64,000 bases of DNA from the human T2T-CHM13v2.0 reference genome, Homo sapiens: NCBI RefSeq assembly GCF_009914755.1, contig NC_060926.1; one strand, written 5' to 3'. Both the position numbers and the translations under genes were made by a program. The notes under the pieces are model-generated. The model saw only the letters and a program-made list of their open reading frames with translations, was not told the DNA's origin and searched no databases. Of this stretch, positions 27,493 through 44,249 are shown in pieces. Each line of letters opens with the position of its first letter. The first letter of the stretch is position 1.

Positions 27493-28291
27493 CAGCTTGT
27501 TCTGTGGTGTTTTTCCAGGCTGTCTTTTTTCTTCCTTGGCTAGAGAGCAGGCTTCTCTTGAGACTTTTAAATTTTTCTGCCTGTGCCTATTGATATTCCA
27601 GAGTTTCCAGCTTCTTTTACTCCAAGTTGGGGATGTATGAGGGAGAAAGAAAACCCAGGGAATTTACCACCATGTTGTCTTCCAGGATCTGTAGCCTGCT
27701 CTGCTATCTTCTCTCTGCCTTTTAGAATATTGTTATATTCATTTTATATGTAATGTGTAGGGCTTTTGTTTATATTTACTGAGAGGAATTGGGGAAAGCA
27801 CATCAACTCCATCATGCTGGAAGTTCCAGAATACCTCTTAAATTAAGCTAACTTATGGATTTATGGTTACTTAAAAATTGAATAAATGTGAATATTGGGT
27901 TAATTATGAAGATTTTCATGTCTTGACATTAAAATTGGTATCTATATTTATAACTTTAGGGGCTTTTAATAAAGTACAAATTACCAAAGTAGGGCTTCTC
28001 TTAGCTATCAAATATGTGACAGATTGGAATTTAACATTTTATTTCAAATCATAAATGATCACTTGTCCAGGAAAAATTACTAACATCTATTTTTCTAAAT
28101 GTAACATTTTGTTTTGGGTGCAATTGTTGCTTTTGGAGAACTAGACATTGAAAATGTAAACTGCTCTTCTGTTTGAAGTACACTATCATTTTAATGTCAT
28201 TCTATGTTAAACAGTGCTTGTATCTACAACAAAGGAATAAAAAGAAAGCAATATAAAAAACAAGTACTTATTTGCTTTTACTGGAAATGAC

Positions 28292-28656
28292 TGATTTGGT
28301 TTGGCTGTGTCCCCACCCAAAATCTCATCCTGAATTGTAATCCCCATAATCCCCACATGTCAAGGGTGGAAGCAGGGGAGGTAATGAGATCATGGGGGCG
28401 GTTTCCCCCATGCTGTTCTGATAGTGAGTTAGTCTCATGAGATCTTGTGGTTTTGTAAATGTCTGGCATTTCATCTGCTTGCACTCGCTTCGTCCTGCTG
28501 CCCAGTAAAGAAGGTGCCTCCTTCTCCTTTGCCCTCTGCCATGATTGTAAGTTTCTTGAGTCTTCCCCAGCAATGTGGAACTGTGAGTCAATCAAGTCTC
28601 TTTCCTTACCCAGTCTTGGGTATTTCTTCATAGCAGTGTGAGAATGGACTAATACA
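28292..28656 (+). mobile_element. THE1 (C/D-like) MaLR solo LTR
   Basis: tgatttggtttggctgtgtccccaccca...ggactaataca. Perfect 5-bp TSD ATGAC. Confidence 0.92.
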
Positions 28657-29988
28657 ATGACTAAAGATCAATTTAACAGATTGTGATTTAGCACATTCTG
28701 ATCATACTTGCTCCCGGCTAAACTGACCAGATGTTTTAGAACAAAATATCTTTAGAAGCTGTAGTTTATAAGATGCATGGTTTCCTGAAAAGGTTATCCC
28801 TATAAAAAGGCTGCGTGTACACAGGAAGAAATAAAAAAGAATATTTTCGAGTAAAAATGGCACAAGGGGTGATTTGAAATATTCACGTTTGATAATTGAA
28901 GTCAAATTTCTCTGAATCAAATGTATAGTTCTGAAATTTGGTCACAATTTATACAATGTTTTCTAGGATTGAAGTAAAAGGAAGTAACGGTTTAACTGAA
29001 AAAAACAGCCAGGAAAAAACCAAAACAAAACAAAACAAAAAACTTCAGGTGTGCCTGACTGTTTCTAGAGAACGAATGGGAAGGAGTCAATTTTTCCTGC
29101 CATGCCCACTCAGAGACTCATGTATATCCAGTTCATTTGCTCTTTTTGATATGTGAGATTTTAGGCTCACTTTCAGTGTATCTACTTATAACTCAGAATC
29201 CATGTTGTATTATATTGATAGATAAATTCTGGTATGTATTTCAACCCCCAAAATTAGTTTTTGCTTATTCTCTCATTTTCTAAAAAAAAAATCGTTAAAG
29301 TAAATATGGGCATTGAGCTATGAATATAATCCAGAAATCTCCAAAACTATATATCTGACTATTCACTGAGATTCTCTTTGTGCTGTAAATATCTTAGAAA
29401 ATAATACCCAGCTACGCATCTCCCAAACTGTGAAACAAATTAATGTTTGTTATTTTAAATCACAACAATATTTTGGGATGTTTTGTTACACAGCTATAGG
29501 TGATAAATACAGATGGTTTCTTCTTTAAGGTTCTGTTCCTCTGGAACCAACCACTCTTGGTACTAAATAAATTGTATCATGTTAGATGGAATTATAATAT
29601 TGCAGGAAATTATATATATTTTTGTATATTATTTTTATTTTTTGTAGTATATTATCTCTAATATAATTATTTTATTTTAAATATTTTTTCTTAGTATAAT
29701 ATCTCTTTTTTTTGTAGTCTATTATCTCTAATATAATTACCTAACTATATTAAAATTTTCTCACTTTTTCTGGTATGAGATTTTTTAAAAGGCTAATCAG
29801 GTAAAAGTAAAATTGTTCTAAAACCTTACACATTGATGGATTTTGAATTTTGATTCAGATAAAGGACTATTTCAAATAGCTTGATATCAAACTCATTTTC
29901 AATTAGATTAGAAGGTGAAATAATGAAAGCTTGTATCCTGGCTTGAAAAAACATGATGAAAATGTTTGTATTTTGTTCACTTCTACAG

Positions 29989-30091
29989 CTGGATTCTGAT
30001 GGCACCATTACTATAGAGGAGCAGATTGTCCTTGTGCTGAAAGCGAAAGTACAATGTGAACTCAACATCACAGCTCAACTCCAGGAGGGAG
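29989..30091 (+). CDS. PTH2R: PTH2R exon 2 ([34 protein letters not shown])
   Basis: Acceptor ttctacag|CTG, donor G|gtaaag. 103 nt, phase 0 to 1. Confidence 0.97.
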
Positions 30092-30590
30092 GTAAAGATG
30101 CCAAGAAAATTGGCTCTCCTTGTGCCTCCTATCTGTTCTTATAAAGATTGCACATTTCCCTCCTTCTTTAGTGTTAGGGAGATCCTTATCAGTCAATCCA
30201 CATTTCCATGTGGAGGGGTGTGCAGCAGAATAACAACACTCTTTTCATCTCTACCCTACATGCTTTTCCTTCCCTGTGGAAAAAGTGACTTGCCTGATAG
30301 TGAGTTTGAGAATAGCAACTGGGCATGTGCACATCAGCCTATCCCTTAGTCCTTTCTTCAGGGTTTGTCTGCCTGTAGAGAGCATGCATACTGATTTGCC
30401 CTCGACCATGCAGTAAGCTTGGAGGAGTAGGCTCTGTCCCTGTGGACATTGCCTCTATTATAAAATATGCAGTTCAAAATCTACTTCATACTTCTCTAAA
30501 TGCCAGCAAATAATTGTGATTGATTTCTCAATTGTTTATGATCAGAGAATGTGGTCTGCATGATACTGAGTTTTAAAAATGTGTTGGGAC

Positions 30591-33300
<2,710 letters not shown>

Positions 33301-34282
33301 TGACCTAAGTCCAATTTAAACTAAATTTAGATCACACATAAATATAGGCTTGTGGTTAGAAATGTTTAGAGAAGAATTTCCCCTCCACTGTTTTCTATTC
33401 CAACTCCAAATGTAGCCAAGAATGACACAAACCAATCTCTTTCTGAAGGATGGTTTTATTTCTTGCCCACCCACTTAGTGGGAGAAGTGTCATCTTTTGG
33501 GGATACTGACTTTCTAGAGGGGTTTCCTGTTCAATTTCTCCACCCCATCAGGCCTCAGGCTCTTCTTTTGTTACCTGAACACCACCAAAACTCTAAGTAA
33601 ACAGGTCAATAGAAGCCTCTAAGGTAAACCCCAAATGTAGAGCTTGCTGCTCCTATATTTCTGGCCTACAATTTATTCCTTTACTTTACAGCCAGCTAAG
33701 CCATATTTAAAGAAAGAAGGCTTTTACATTAATATAGCCTTTGTAGGTATCTTGTACTAAGAGGAAGCTTTCTGAATGGCTAGTCTAATAGTGTCTGAAA
33801 AGGGAATCACTCGTGCAACTTCTAAAGAATGCTGATCCTAATATCTTAGATATGGAAATCTACTAACAAAGAGATACATCATCATGAAAAAATTTGAAAG
33901 CATTATTATCTGTGATGGCTGATAAGCTGTTTTCTGTGAAATCTTATAAACTGTTGAGCTAGAAGGTATTTCAGAGATCACCTAGGCCAACATTATCATC
34001 GTCAGTGTCCCTTTAACAGTTCAACAAATATTATTATGTGCCCAGAGTAAGCTCTAAAAAGTATGAATAAGTTTCTGCCTTTTCCCTGTGGGGTTAATGG
34101 CTTAATAGGGACGGCAGGCATCTTTCAGGATGGTGTATAATTTTAACAACAGAGGTGTTTTAACAACTATAGAACCACTGAAGATGAATCTTAATTAATC
34201 AGGGAAGGCTTCCTGGAAGAATAATTATCTCATCTTAAAAGTAAAGAAGTAGGAATTAGATGTGATGAGAGGAAAGTAAGAC

Positions 34283-34836
34283 TGTATTAGTCAAAGTTCT
34301 CCAGAGGAACAGAACTAATAGGATATAAGTATATGTGAAAGGGAGTTTATTAGAAAGAATTGGCTCACATGATCACAGGGTGAAGTCCCATGATAGGCCA
34401 TTTGCAAGCTGGGGAAGAAAGAAGACAATAGTGGCTCAGTTAAGTCCAAGAGCCTCAAAAACAGGGAAGCCTTCAGTCCATGGCCAAATACCTGAGAGCC
34501 CCCAGCAAACCACTGGTGTAAGTCCAAGAGTCCAAAGGCCGAAGAACCTGGAGTCTGATGTCCAAGGATAGGATAAATGGATGGAAGCATCCAGCACAGG
34601 GGAAAGATGAAAACTCAGCAAGCCAGCTTATCCCACCTTCTTCCCCCTGCTTTGTTCTAGCCAACTGGAGGGTGCCCACCCTCAATGAGGGTCCACTAAC
34701 TTTCTCTCCCAGTCCACTAACTCAAATGTCAGTCTCCTCTGGCACCACCCTCACAGAGACACCCAGAAACAGTACTTTGCCAACTATCTAGGCATCTTTC
34801 AATCCAATCAAGTTGACCCTAATATTAATCATCACA
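34283..34836 (-). mobile_element. MLT2B-like solo LTR
   Basis: tgtattagtc...aatccaatcaagttgac...atcatcaca. Perfect TSD AAGAC. Confidence 0.9.
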
Positions 34837-35733
34837 AAGACATTTCAAAAGAGGAAATAGGATGGGTCAAGATAAGCAAGTGTGCACCAGTCACACACCA
34901 TATGAATTATACATAAAAGAATAAATTAACTGGTAGTAAACTTAGGTCACATCTAAAATTTGTGAAGATGTGGATGATGTGAAGCATGTAGATAAATAAA
35001 TACTGAAAGAGAAAAAACACTTCCTTCGAGATCGTTATTTGCATGGAGATCTTTTTCTATGCAAATAAGACAGAATTAAATGTGGTCAAACGTTGGTTTA
35101 CCTTTCAATTAAAATGTCTAATTATATATAAATTGACTCAAGTGCTCTTTACTTTAAAATTGTAAAACACTGGAATGACATTTTGAATTCACTAGCTAAT
35201 TTAAGGAATTTCCATTTTTACATTCTTCTAAAATCAAGAGATGCATATCAAAATATTTAGGAGTGAGCTGTCAGACTGTCTATACTTTAGAAATCTGTAG
35301 CAAAAAATAAATTAGATTAACTATTGCAAAATATTAGCAGCTGTCAATTCTAGTTTGTGAGTATATGATTTTCTGTTTTATTTAAGAAAGATTTTTTAAA
35401 TAAAAGAACATAAGAACATAAAAGTTTTCCTAATGTTTATGAAAGAGAGAAAAGGATATATAAATGCAAATATTCAGCTCTAAAACTATTCAAGTACTTA
35501 AAAAACACAGACCAAAATATTATTGATCCAAAATATTATTATTTCAAGTGTGGTCACATTTCGTTTGAAAAGAGAAAAACGTTCTCCAAATTTTAGATTG
35601 TTCTGTGTAAATGTCATGGTTTGACAAGCTTCACTCATAATTAGTTTGTCCTGGCACACAAAAATAATTACAGAGTTATAATTAATGGTGCTAACTTATA
35701 AAGAGAGATGGGGAGCCATTAGTCAATTAATTA

Positions 35734-36099
<366 letters not shown>

Positions 36100-37067
36100 T
36101 CTCTATTTTCTATGTGAGATTCATGGCTTCTTCAATTTTTTCAACCTTTTGTGAACATTTACTATTCTCTTTGTCAAAGAGCAACCAAAAAAATAAGCAT
36201 GATCTACAGAAATATTTTGGGAGAGTGTCAGTTTTCTAAAAATTGGGCAGCATGTGTGAAGCAGTATCTTGCAGGGAACGAGAAAGCTGTCCCTTTTAGA
36301 GCATGAGGAAAAAAAATTTCCATAGCAGTTTTAAAACTATATAATTATAGAATAAACTGGCCATTGGCTTTTGCTAGAAAATAGCATATGACATTGCAGC
36401 ATACATTTTGGAGGGATATCTAATTACCGAGAAATAAGAATGTGTGTCCAGGTCCAATTTATGTAATTACACAATAGATACTGGGCACATATCGACTGGA
36501 CAGTTCAGATATATAAAGACATGTGGCTTGTTAATGAAAAGGTGAATTGAAAGATATCAAGATATACTGTTGAGGGCAAAGTTGTTGGGAGAGGTGGAGT
36601 CATTACATTCTGTATAAATGAAAAGGAAAACATACAAACAACAAAGCAGATAATGGTGGAAAGAGAGGCAGGTGGAGCTGTGCACCAGAAGCAGGAGCCA
36701 GTGGGATGGGCTCCTGCCTTGCCTGTGATATGTAAAGCTCGGGCTTTTATTATGTGAGCAAAGCAAGGCTTTTTCTAAGAAAAATGTTTTTGGAAAGACA
36801 TTTTCTTTTCTTATTGCTTCGGCAATGCACAAAGCAAATCAAGTATTTGTTTCTGTGTGATATGGTGGATGCTAAGAAGTTAATTTCAGGTTCATAACTG
36901 AATTTATTTTTCTGTAGAGATCAGTGTCTCTGTAAGGTTCTGTTATGCTGACTGTTCAAAACTAAGCAAACAACTTGACAAAATGAACATTAGCCAGAAC
37001 AAAAATCCTCAGCACAGTTAGTGTAACTGGTAACTAAAAAATTGAGAGAGCTATAATGGGTAGTACT

Positions 37068-37688
37068 TGTGGTGGCAGAATGATGGCCCTCCAAGGATGT
37101 CCATGCCCTAATACCTGCTGTTGTGCCTGTGTATGCTGTGTCACATGGCAGAAGGGACTTTGCAGATGGAATTAAGGTTATGGACCTTAAAATGAGGGAG
37201 CTTATTCTGGATTGTCTGAGTGGGTTCCATGTGATCATACGGGCCCTTTAAAGTGGAAGAGGAAGGCAAAAGAATCAGAGTTGAAGCAGAAAATGAGAGA
37301 GGAGGAGAGATTAAACATGTGAGAAGGACTCAACCTGCCTTGCTGACTTCGAAGATGGAAGAAGGGGGCCAAGCAGCTTCTGGAAGTTGGGAACAGCTCT
37401 CAGCTGACAGCTGTCAGCAAAGAAATGGGGACCTTGGTTCTATGTCTGCAAGGAGCTGAATTCTCCCAACCACCCAAGTGAACAAGGAGACAGATCCTCC
37501 CTCAGAGCCTCCAGAGAGGAATGCAGCCCTGCCCAGCCCTTGATTTTGGCCTCACGGGTCTACAAGGAGAGAAACAGCTGAGTCCAGCAGACTGTTGACC
37601 TACAGAAATAGAGAAAAAACAAATTTCTGTTATTTTAAGCTGTGAAGTTTGTGGTAATCTGTTACAGTAGCAATGGAAAACTAATACA
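37068..37688 (+). mobile_element. MLT1D/E LTR
   Basis: 'ggcagaagggactttgcagatggaattaagg'. Ends gaaaactaataca. Confidence 0.85.
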
Positions 37689-38209
37689 GCAGTCACTGAA
37701 GGTATCTATTTTTGAGAAGTTGGGGTATAATTTGGCTGACAGGCTGTCTTCTTGGAAGTTCAGTTCATCACTAATCGAAAGGAGTCCTGCAAGAGCACAG
37801 AGAGTTGACACTGAATATTTGTTAATCCTCCACCAAGTGCCAGGTGCATTCCCGGAATGTGGCTAAAGCTTGAGACAAAACAGGCAAAAATCTCAAGTTT
37901 CTTAAATCCTGTGACTTAGGAATATAATAATAAAATAACACCCAATATTGGAAGGTGATGAGAACTCAGGTGAAAAATACAGCAGGAAAAGGTATAAGGA
38001 AGATTTTGGGATGCAATTTTAGATAAGCGTGTTTACTCAGAAGTTGACATTTGAGTGAAAATATGAAGGAGGTAAGGGAATAAGTCTGTCTGAGTGAGAG
38101 GGCAGACCCTATGGGCACTTCAGGCATTATAAAAACTTATGTTTTGATAATGCCTGTTGGAGCTGTTGGAGGATTTGGGGCTATTGTGTCAAAAATAAAG
38201 GAAAGAAAG

Positions 38210-38680
38210 TGTGAAGCAGGTTTACTGTGCACTAGTTACCAACTTGTCTGAGTCCAGTGAGGCAGAATACCCAGCACATGAGTTACATGAAACGGGTTTA
38301 TTACTCACAGGTAGGCAGCAAGGAACAACAGAAGCCTAGGAGTCATTGGGAACTGGTGCCCCACGGTTCGGGAAAGCTGCCTGGGCTGGATAGAATCTCA
38401 ACTGCTCATGACCTGCGTGCACCACAGCAGAGGGACCCCATAAAACAGCCCAACCCTGATTACATACCTCAGGGAACACAGAGTGCACTGGGCTAATGTC
38501 TGGAGACATCCTGTTTCTGGGAGGGCTTGGAACTGAGTCTGGACTGTTCCAGGCAGTTCCTCACCCCTTATCTCAGTATGTTGCATTCCCAGCACATTCT
38601 ATAGTTATTCTTGAGAACTACAAAAAAAAGGGACAGAGAGAATTGGGTTCATCCAATGCCACCCAGAGAACTGTCCTGCA
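38210..38680 (-). mobile_element. ERVL-class solo LTR nested in an L2 (about 37810-38830)
   Basis: TG...CA ends, 5-bp TSD GAAAG, and AATAAA on the minus strand (tttatt at about 38298). Confidence 0.75.
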
Positions 38681-39323
38681 GAAAGAAATGTTGGAATCAG
38701 GAGCGCCAGTCATAGACTGTTGCACTCATTCAGGTTGGAGATGAAGTGACTTGGACTATCGTGGTGACAGTAGATGTTGTGAGAAGTGATGAAGTTCTGG
38801 ATTCATCTTGAGAAGAGTAGAGTTCATGAGAATGTTGTTTGAGATGAATGTTAGACTCAAGGAGAAGTACTGGTAAAAAGATAAACCTGAGTCTTGCGGC
38901 TTGCCAGTGAAGTGCGCTGCTTCAGGTGTTATGATCTTTAAAAACAGTTTTCAAGAATCTAGTGTAAAAATGTAGTTACAACTTTGGTGGTCAGAAAAAC
39001 TTTGTCACAGAAGTGGTTCACAATGATTTCCAATGTTTCTTATAAATTAATTGCTATAGCTACCATAACTAGTATGCTGGAATAATTTGAATATTTTTGA
39101 TGTATGCAAAGCAAATGTTCCTATGAATGAGCCTTTGATGAAGCACACAGATGAATTTTGGGACATTTGCATCATATCTATTCTATCTAGTTTCAAAAAC
39201 TACCAATTTGTTTTAATTTTGCTACAGACAATGACCTAAAATTTTGTTTTTTGAATGCATTTGTTCTCTGGTTCTAACTACATTTTTCTTTGTTTATTTG
39301 CTTTAATTTTTTTTTCTCATTAG

Positions 39324-39434
39324 AAGGTAATTGTTTCCCTGAATGGGATGGACTCATTTGTTGGCCCAGAGGAACAGTGGGGAAAATATCGGCTGTTCCA
39401 TGCCCTCCTTATATTTATGACTTCAACCATAAAG
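39324..39434 (+). CDS. PTH2R: PTH2R exon 3 ([37 protein letters not shown])
   Basis: Acceptor ttctcattag|AA, donor G|gtattg. 111 nt. Contains the class B GPCR ectodomain motif CxxxWDGxxCWP. Confidence 0.97.
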
Positions 39435-39546
39435 GTATTGAATTTTTCTAAAATGATTAATTTAAAACAAACATTTACTTGTCCATTTTCTTGATAATAG
39501 ATTCTAAGGGAACTGAGCGATCTCAGCATCTTTCATGTCTTTACAG

Positions 39547-39668
39547 GAGTTGCTTTCCGACACTGTAACCCCAATGGAACATGGGATTTTATGCACAGCT
39601 TAAATAAAACATGGGCCAATTATTCAGACTGCCTTCGCTTTCTGCAGCCAGATATCAGCATAGGAAAG
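39547..39668 (+). CDS. PTH2R: PTH2R exon 4 ([41 protein letters not shown])
   Basis: Acceptor tttacag|GA, donor AAG|gtaatg. 122 nt. Contains the CxxxGxW motif and N-glycosylation sequons. Confidence 0.97.
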
Positions 39669-41946
39669 GTAATGGAATTTCTCTATTTGTGAATTCCTAA
39701 GGGAAAGCAGAATAATATTTTAATGCAATTCTCAATTGCCAGCCATTATGTATAAAAACCCTCTTATTCCACGACACAAGGATCATAAAAGATAAAAGCA
39801 ATGTTGCAATCTTTTCAGATGCATATCAATCATTCTGGTATTTTCTATAGCCTAGAGCTACCTGGCTGAGATACATACATCCATACTTATACCTGTGTGT
39901 GTGTTATGTTTATTATGTTAGATTACATTGTTTACATTGCATTATATTATGCTATATTATGAATAAAAATCCCAATAGGTGGTTAGTAACATGATTCATG
40001 ATTTCTTCTTAGTTACCTATGAATGGCTACATCTCATCTGTATATTCCAGAAGGACCTTTGCATTTTAGAGGTGTATTTTCCACCTCATAAGATTTACCA
40101 ATAGATGATCTCATTAGCGTATAAAAGATTAGAGTTTTAGGATTAAAGGGGAGCAAGGGGCATCATATAAATCTTCCAGCACAATATATTAATTTCAGAG
40201 ATGTGAGTCAACTGAGAACCCGAGATTAGGTGTTGGTCAAAGTGACATAGCTCAGTGGCAAGAGGGTTTAATGTAGAGCCCTTATGTCCCAATTTCACAT
40301 CAGTGCTGTTTCCAATATAGAAATCATATATAAACTTTGGGATATTCTAGAGAGTTGCTTTTAAGTTATAAAAGTTGGTTTAAAAGTCATGTTTAAATTT
40401 ATATCACTTAGACCTCGTGAGTAAAAATGCATGATGATATATGCATATGATGCTAAGAGTTAATGTGATAAATTAGCTTTATGAAAACCCTGAGAATAGT
40501 CCATCACACATAAACTCTTCGAATTTTTGACATATTTCTTTATGTCTGGTGATGTTTTGGGGAGGTGGGGGGAGAACAGCAGCAAGAGAAGTAGTGAGTT
40601 GAAGGTTTCTTTGATTTTGCATTAATAGAACTTCCTGTCTTAACTTTCTTCCTTAATGAGTTCTTTAGGAATTGGCAGAAAGACTTTCAGTTATCTGTTT
40701 AATTGTTGAAAAGCTTCTTAGATAAAATAAGTCAATATGAGGAGATTGTTAGGTACTCTACAATGGAACTAACATAAGTAACATCAACATTCAGTTAAGC
40801 TAAAATGCTTCAAAAGAATTTCAGTCTCATTGATAGAAACAAACATTCACTGATACTTAGTGTACTCTGTGATTATCTTCATTTTTGCATTACATGATGA
40901 AAAATGCAAACCTTTCAGAGCTGTTAATGGCCATTAAATTAAATCATGGTTTTATTTATATTGAACTCTAATCTTATAACCATTTTCTGTGATTACTGTG
41001 TATTTTAAGAATAAAAATAACTAAAGATGGTTGATGTACTCAATATATATACTAGTTTATGTAAAATGATTTAAAAGTTAATAGAAAATTTGAAGAATTG
41101 TGTTAGTATAATTTAATCTCCTTAATTAAAAACACAAAAAATGTTTTCTATTGTTTGCAACCTTTAAGTAATAATTTGGAAAAACCCAAGAAAACAAAAT
41201 ATGTCTAATAAGAAAACTAGATATCTCCTGAAGGTTTGACACACAGTAGGGCAAAATGATATTACTTATTTGTGAGATATAAATTATTAATAGTTAATAA
41301 AATTTTTTTATAAGGAAGGAAAGGCAAAAAACTAAAAAAGTGTAAATTTAGAATAAATGCCACATTTTTATCAGGAAAATAAGATATTTTTGAGCACTAT
41401 TTTTTTCTCTAAATTTTTATATAATTGGCTTGGCAAAATGAGGTAATTATTTTAGTTAAAAAAAGGGAAGGAATTCTAATGATGTCACAAGATTATTAAA
41501 TTTTTTAGAGTGTGATATTTAAAACAGTAGCATACTGTAGAAACTACCATATAATACATCTCCTATCCAAAGGCTAGATGTACTTTTGGAAAGCCATTTA
41601 GCAGTATATATTTAAAAACTTCAAAGGAATAATATTTTTTGATCTTATAAATTTACTTCTAAAATCAAGCATAAGGATTTAGAATGGGGGAACTGAATGG
41701 AAAAAATGTTCATTGAACAAATAATTATAATGAATGTTTCAACGAGTTTAAATTTCTAATGAAGAACTGGTTAAATAAGCGCAAATATATGCATATAAAT
41801 TTTATAAAGAGTTTGCAGCCTTGGGCAATTATTTTGTCACACAAAAAATTCAGGAATAAACTTGTATATAAATTGAGAATGCAGATGCTTAAAATAATAG
41901 GCAATGCTTCACAGAAATAGAATGAAATGAAATAGATGAAGTACTA

Positions 41947-42047
41947 GCTGGGCATAGTGGCCTGTGTCTGTAGTTGCAGCTACTTGGGAGGCTGGGGTGG
42001 GAGTTCAAGATCAGCCTGGGCAACATAGGGAGATGCCATCTCTTAAA
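41947..42047 (+). mobile_element. FLAM-type Alu monomer, in old L1M
   Basis: 'gctgggcatagtggc...gagttcaagatcagcctgggcaacatag'. Confidence 0.8.
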
Positions 42048-42879
42048 GTCATAACAATAACAACTTCAAGAAATATGTGAAGTACATGAAGTACTAACAG
42101 TGTTTCTTTCTGATTGGTTAGAATTTGTAAGATTTTTTTTCTCCTCTCTTTTATGTTTTACACATTATTCAAATATTTTCTATGAAAAGTTTTACTATTT
42201 TATTAAGAGAAAATAATAAGTAATTAATATTTTTTTTAAAAGAAACAAGAGGCAAAGTCTTCCTGCTTCCAGTCAGATTGTAGGCAGTCGCAACAATAAG
42301 TTGGCTTAGATGCAAAATTAATAATTTGTAAACATGAGTTGAGGATGCCAAGAAATCTAAATGAACTAAATTCCAGAAATGGGCAAGCCCTTCCTATGAG
42401 AGAAGAGACCCATGGCTGCGTGTATCCCTAGGACCACAGTAGAAGGGGAGAAAACAGGCTATTGAAGGGGACAAAGAGAAAAGAGACAAGCTTTTATACC
42501 AATAGCAGACAAGGGCTAGCATAAAGAGTTAGAATCCCAAGGAGTAAGCCCTAGTCTTAGTAAGCTATAATCCACCAGGCAATTCTTTGCCGTGAGGTCT
42601 TCACCGAGTGCATGGGGGAAGTATGCCAAAGGCTGGGGCAGGCAGAGGGCTCAGAGAAATTCCTTGAGATGTGCACAGGGCTCTCACAGAGTGAAAGGCA
42701 GCAGTTGGCTGAAGGCATGGATCAGGACAGAGGAGCTGAGAGGCATCCCTTGAGGCACAGGGGGCCCTCACTAACTGCATGACTGATGCAGCCCACAGGC
42801 CAGGAGAAGGGCAGGGAAGCTGAGACAAATCCCCTAGAGATGCATAGTTCCCAGTGAGCACAAGGCAGCAGCCAATTGC

Positions 42880-43270
42880 AAGACCAGGCCCCTGAACTTC
42901 TGAGTAACCACCTTCAAGTTGGGGTTCCCACGAACCCCTCTTTAGGCTTGATTAATTGCTAGAACAGCTCACATAACTCAGAGAAACACTTACGTTTCCT
43001 ATATATTATTATAAAGGATATTTTAAAGGATACAAATAAACAGCCAGGTGAAGAGACATATAGGGCGAAGTCTGGAAGAGTCTGAAGTGCAGGAGCTTCT
43101 GTTCCGGTGGAGTTGGGGTGCACCACCCTTCTGGTAAATGGATGAGTTCTGGTTCACCTTCCTGCAAGCCTCCGTAAATTCAGCTGTCTAGCAGCTCTTT
43201 ATATCCCATTTTCTTGGCCCTTTTATGGAGGCTTCATTGGATTAGCCTGATTGAAACATGGAAAACGCTT
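42880..43270 (-). mobile_element. MER21-group LTR fragment
   Basis: 'ggggttcccacgaacccctc...gctagaacagctcaca...caggagcttctgttccggtggagttgggg'. Confidence 0.7.
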
Positions 43271-43336
43271 GTTGAGTTTCCCCATTTAGTCTATTAGTAT
43301 TAGATTACATCCTTTTTGTCCAATCACATTTCTACA

Positions 43337-44050
43337 CCATTGTCCAATCTTAAAAGATCCCATACTGTATAATTCTACTTATATGACATTTATGAAATGA
43401 CAAAATTATAGAGACAGAAAACAGATTAATGGTTGCCAGGTGTTTGGCATGGTGGAGAGGAGGAGGTGTCACCGTAAGGGACAGAACAAGGAGAACTTTG
43501 TGTTGGTGAAATAGTTCTGTACTTGATTACAGTAATGGTTACAAAAATGTACATATGATCAAATGACATAGAACTATAAATATGCGTGTCGCATCAATAT
43601 TAAATTTCTGGTTTTGATATTTTAGTAAAATTACATAAGATGTAAGCTTTGGAGAATACTGGGTGAAGGGAACCTGGGGCTTTTCTTACACTATTTTCTA
43701 CTTCTTTTGAATCTATAATTATTTTAAAACAAAATAATTGAAAAGGAATGAACTATTTATACATGTAACGATATCGATGAATATAAAAAACAGTATGTTG
43801 ATAAAAAAGTATATACTGTAACATGTAATCCTAAGAAGTCTAAGAATAGTCAAGAGGTATATGAAGTATGTGAACAGAGAAAGCTAATTTGTGGTGACAG
43901 ATATTGGAACAGTGATTTCCTGGGGGTGGATAGTGGGTGTTTTTTTGACTAGCAAGGGGCACAAATGAACTTGGTTTGTCAAAACCTATCAAAATGCTCA
44001 CTCCAGATCTCTACATTTTATTGCATGCAAATTACAGCTTAAAAAAGTTA
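43337..44050 (+). mobile_element. L1MC/ME 3' ends
   Basis: 'catactgtataattc...aaattatagagacagaaaacagattaatggttgccagg'. Confidence 0.7.
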
Positions 44051-44151
44051 AAGAGAATTAGAAATAAGATTCCAAAAATGACATACTATTTCTTTGCCAG
44101 TTTATTGGTAAAATAGTCCCATATCATACATGAGCATCTCTTCCCTTGCAG

Positions 44152-44249
44152 CAAGAATTCTTTGAACGCCTCTATGTAATGTATACCGTTGGCTACTCCA
44201 TCTCTTTTGGTTCCTTGGCTGTGGCTATTCTCATCATTGGTTACTTCAG
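44152..44249 (+). CDS. PTH2R: PTH2R exon 5 ([32 protein letters not shown]; TM1)
   Basis: Acceptor cccttgcag|CAA, donor AG|gtgagt. 98 nt. Contains the YTVGYS motif. Confidence 0.97.
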
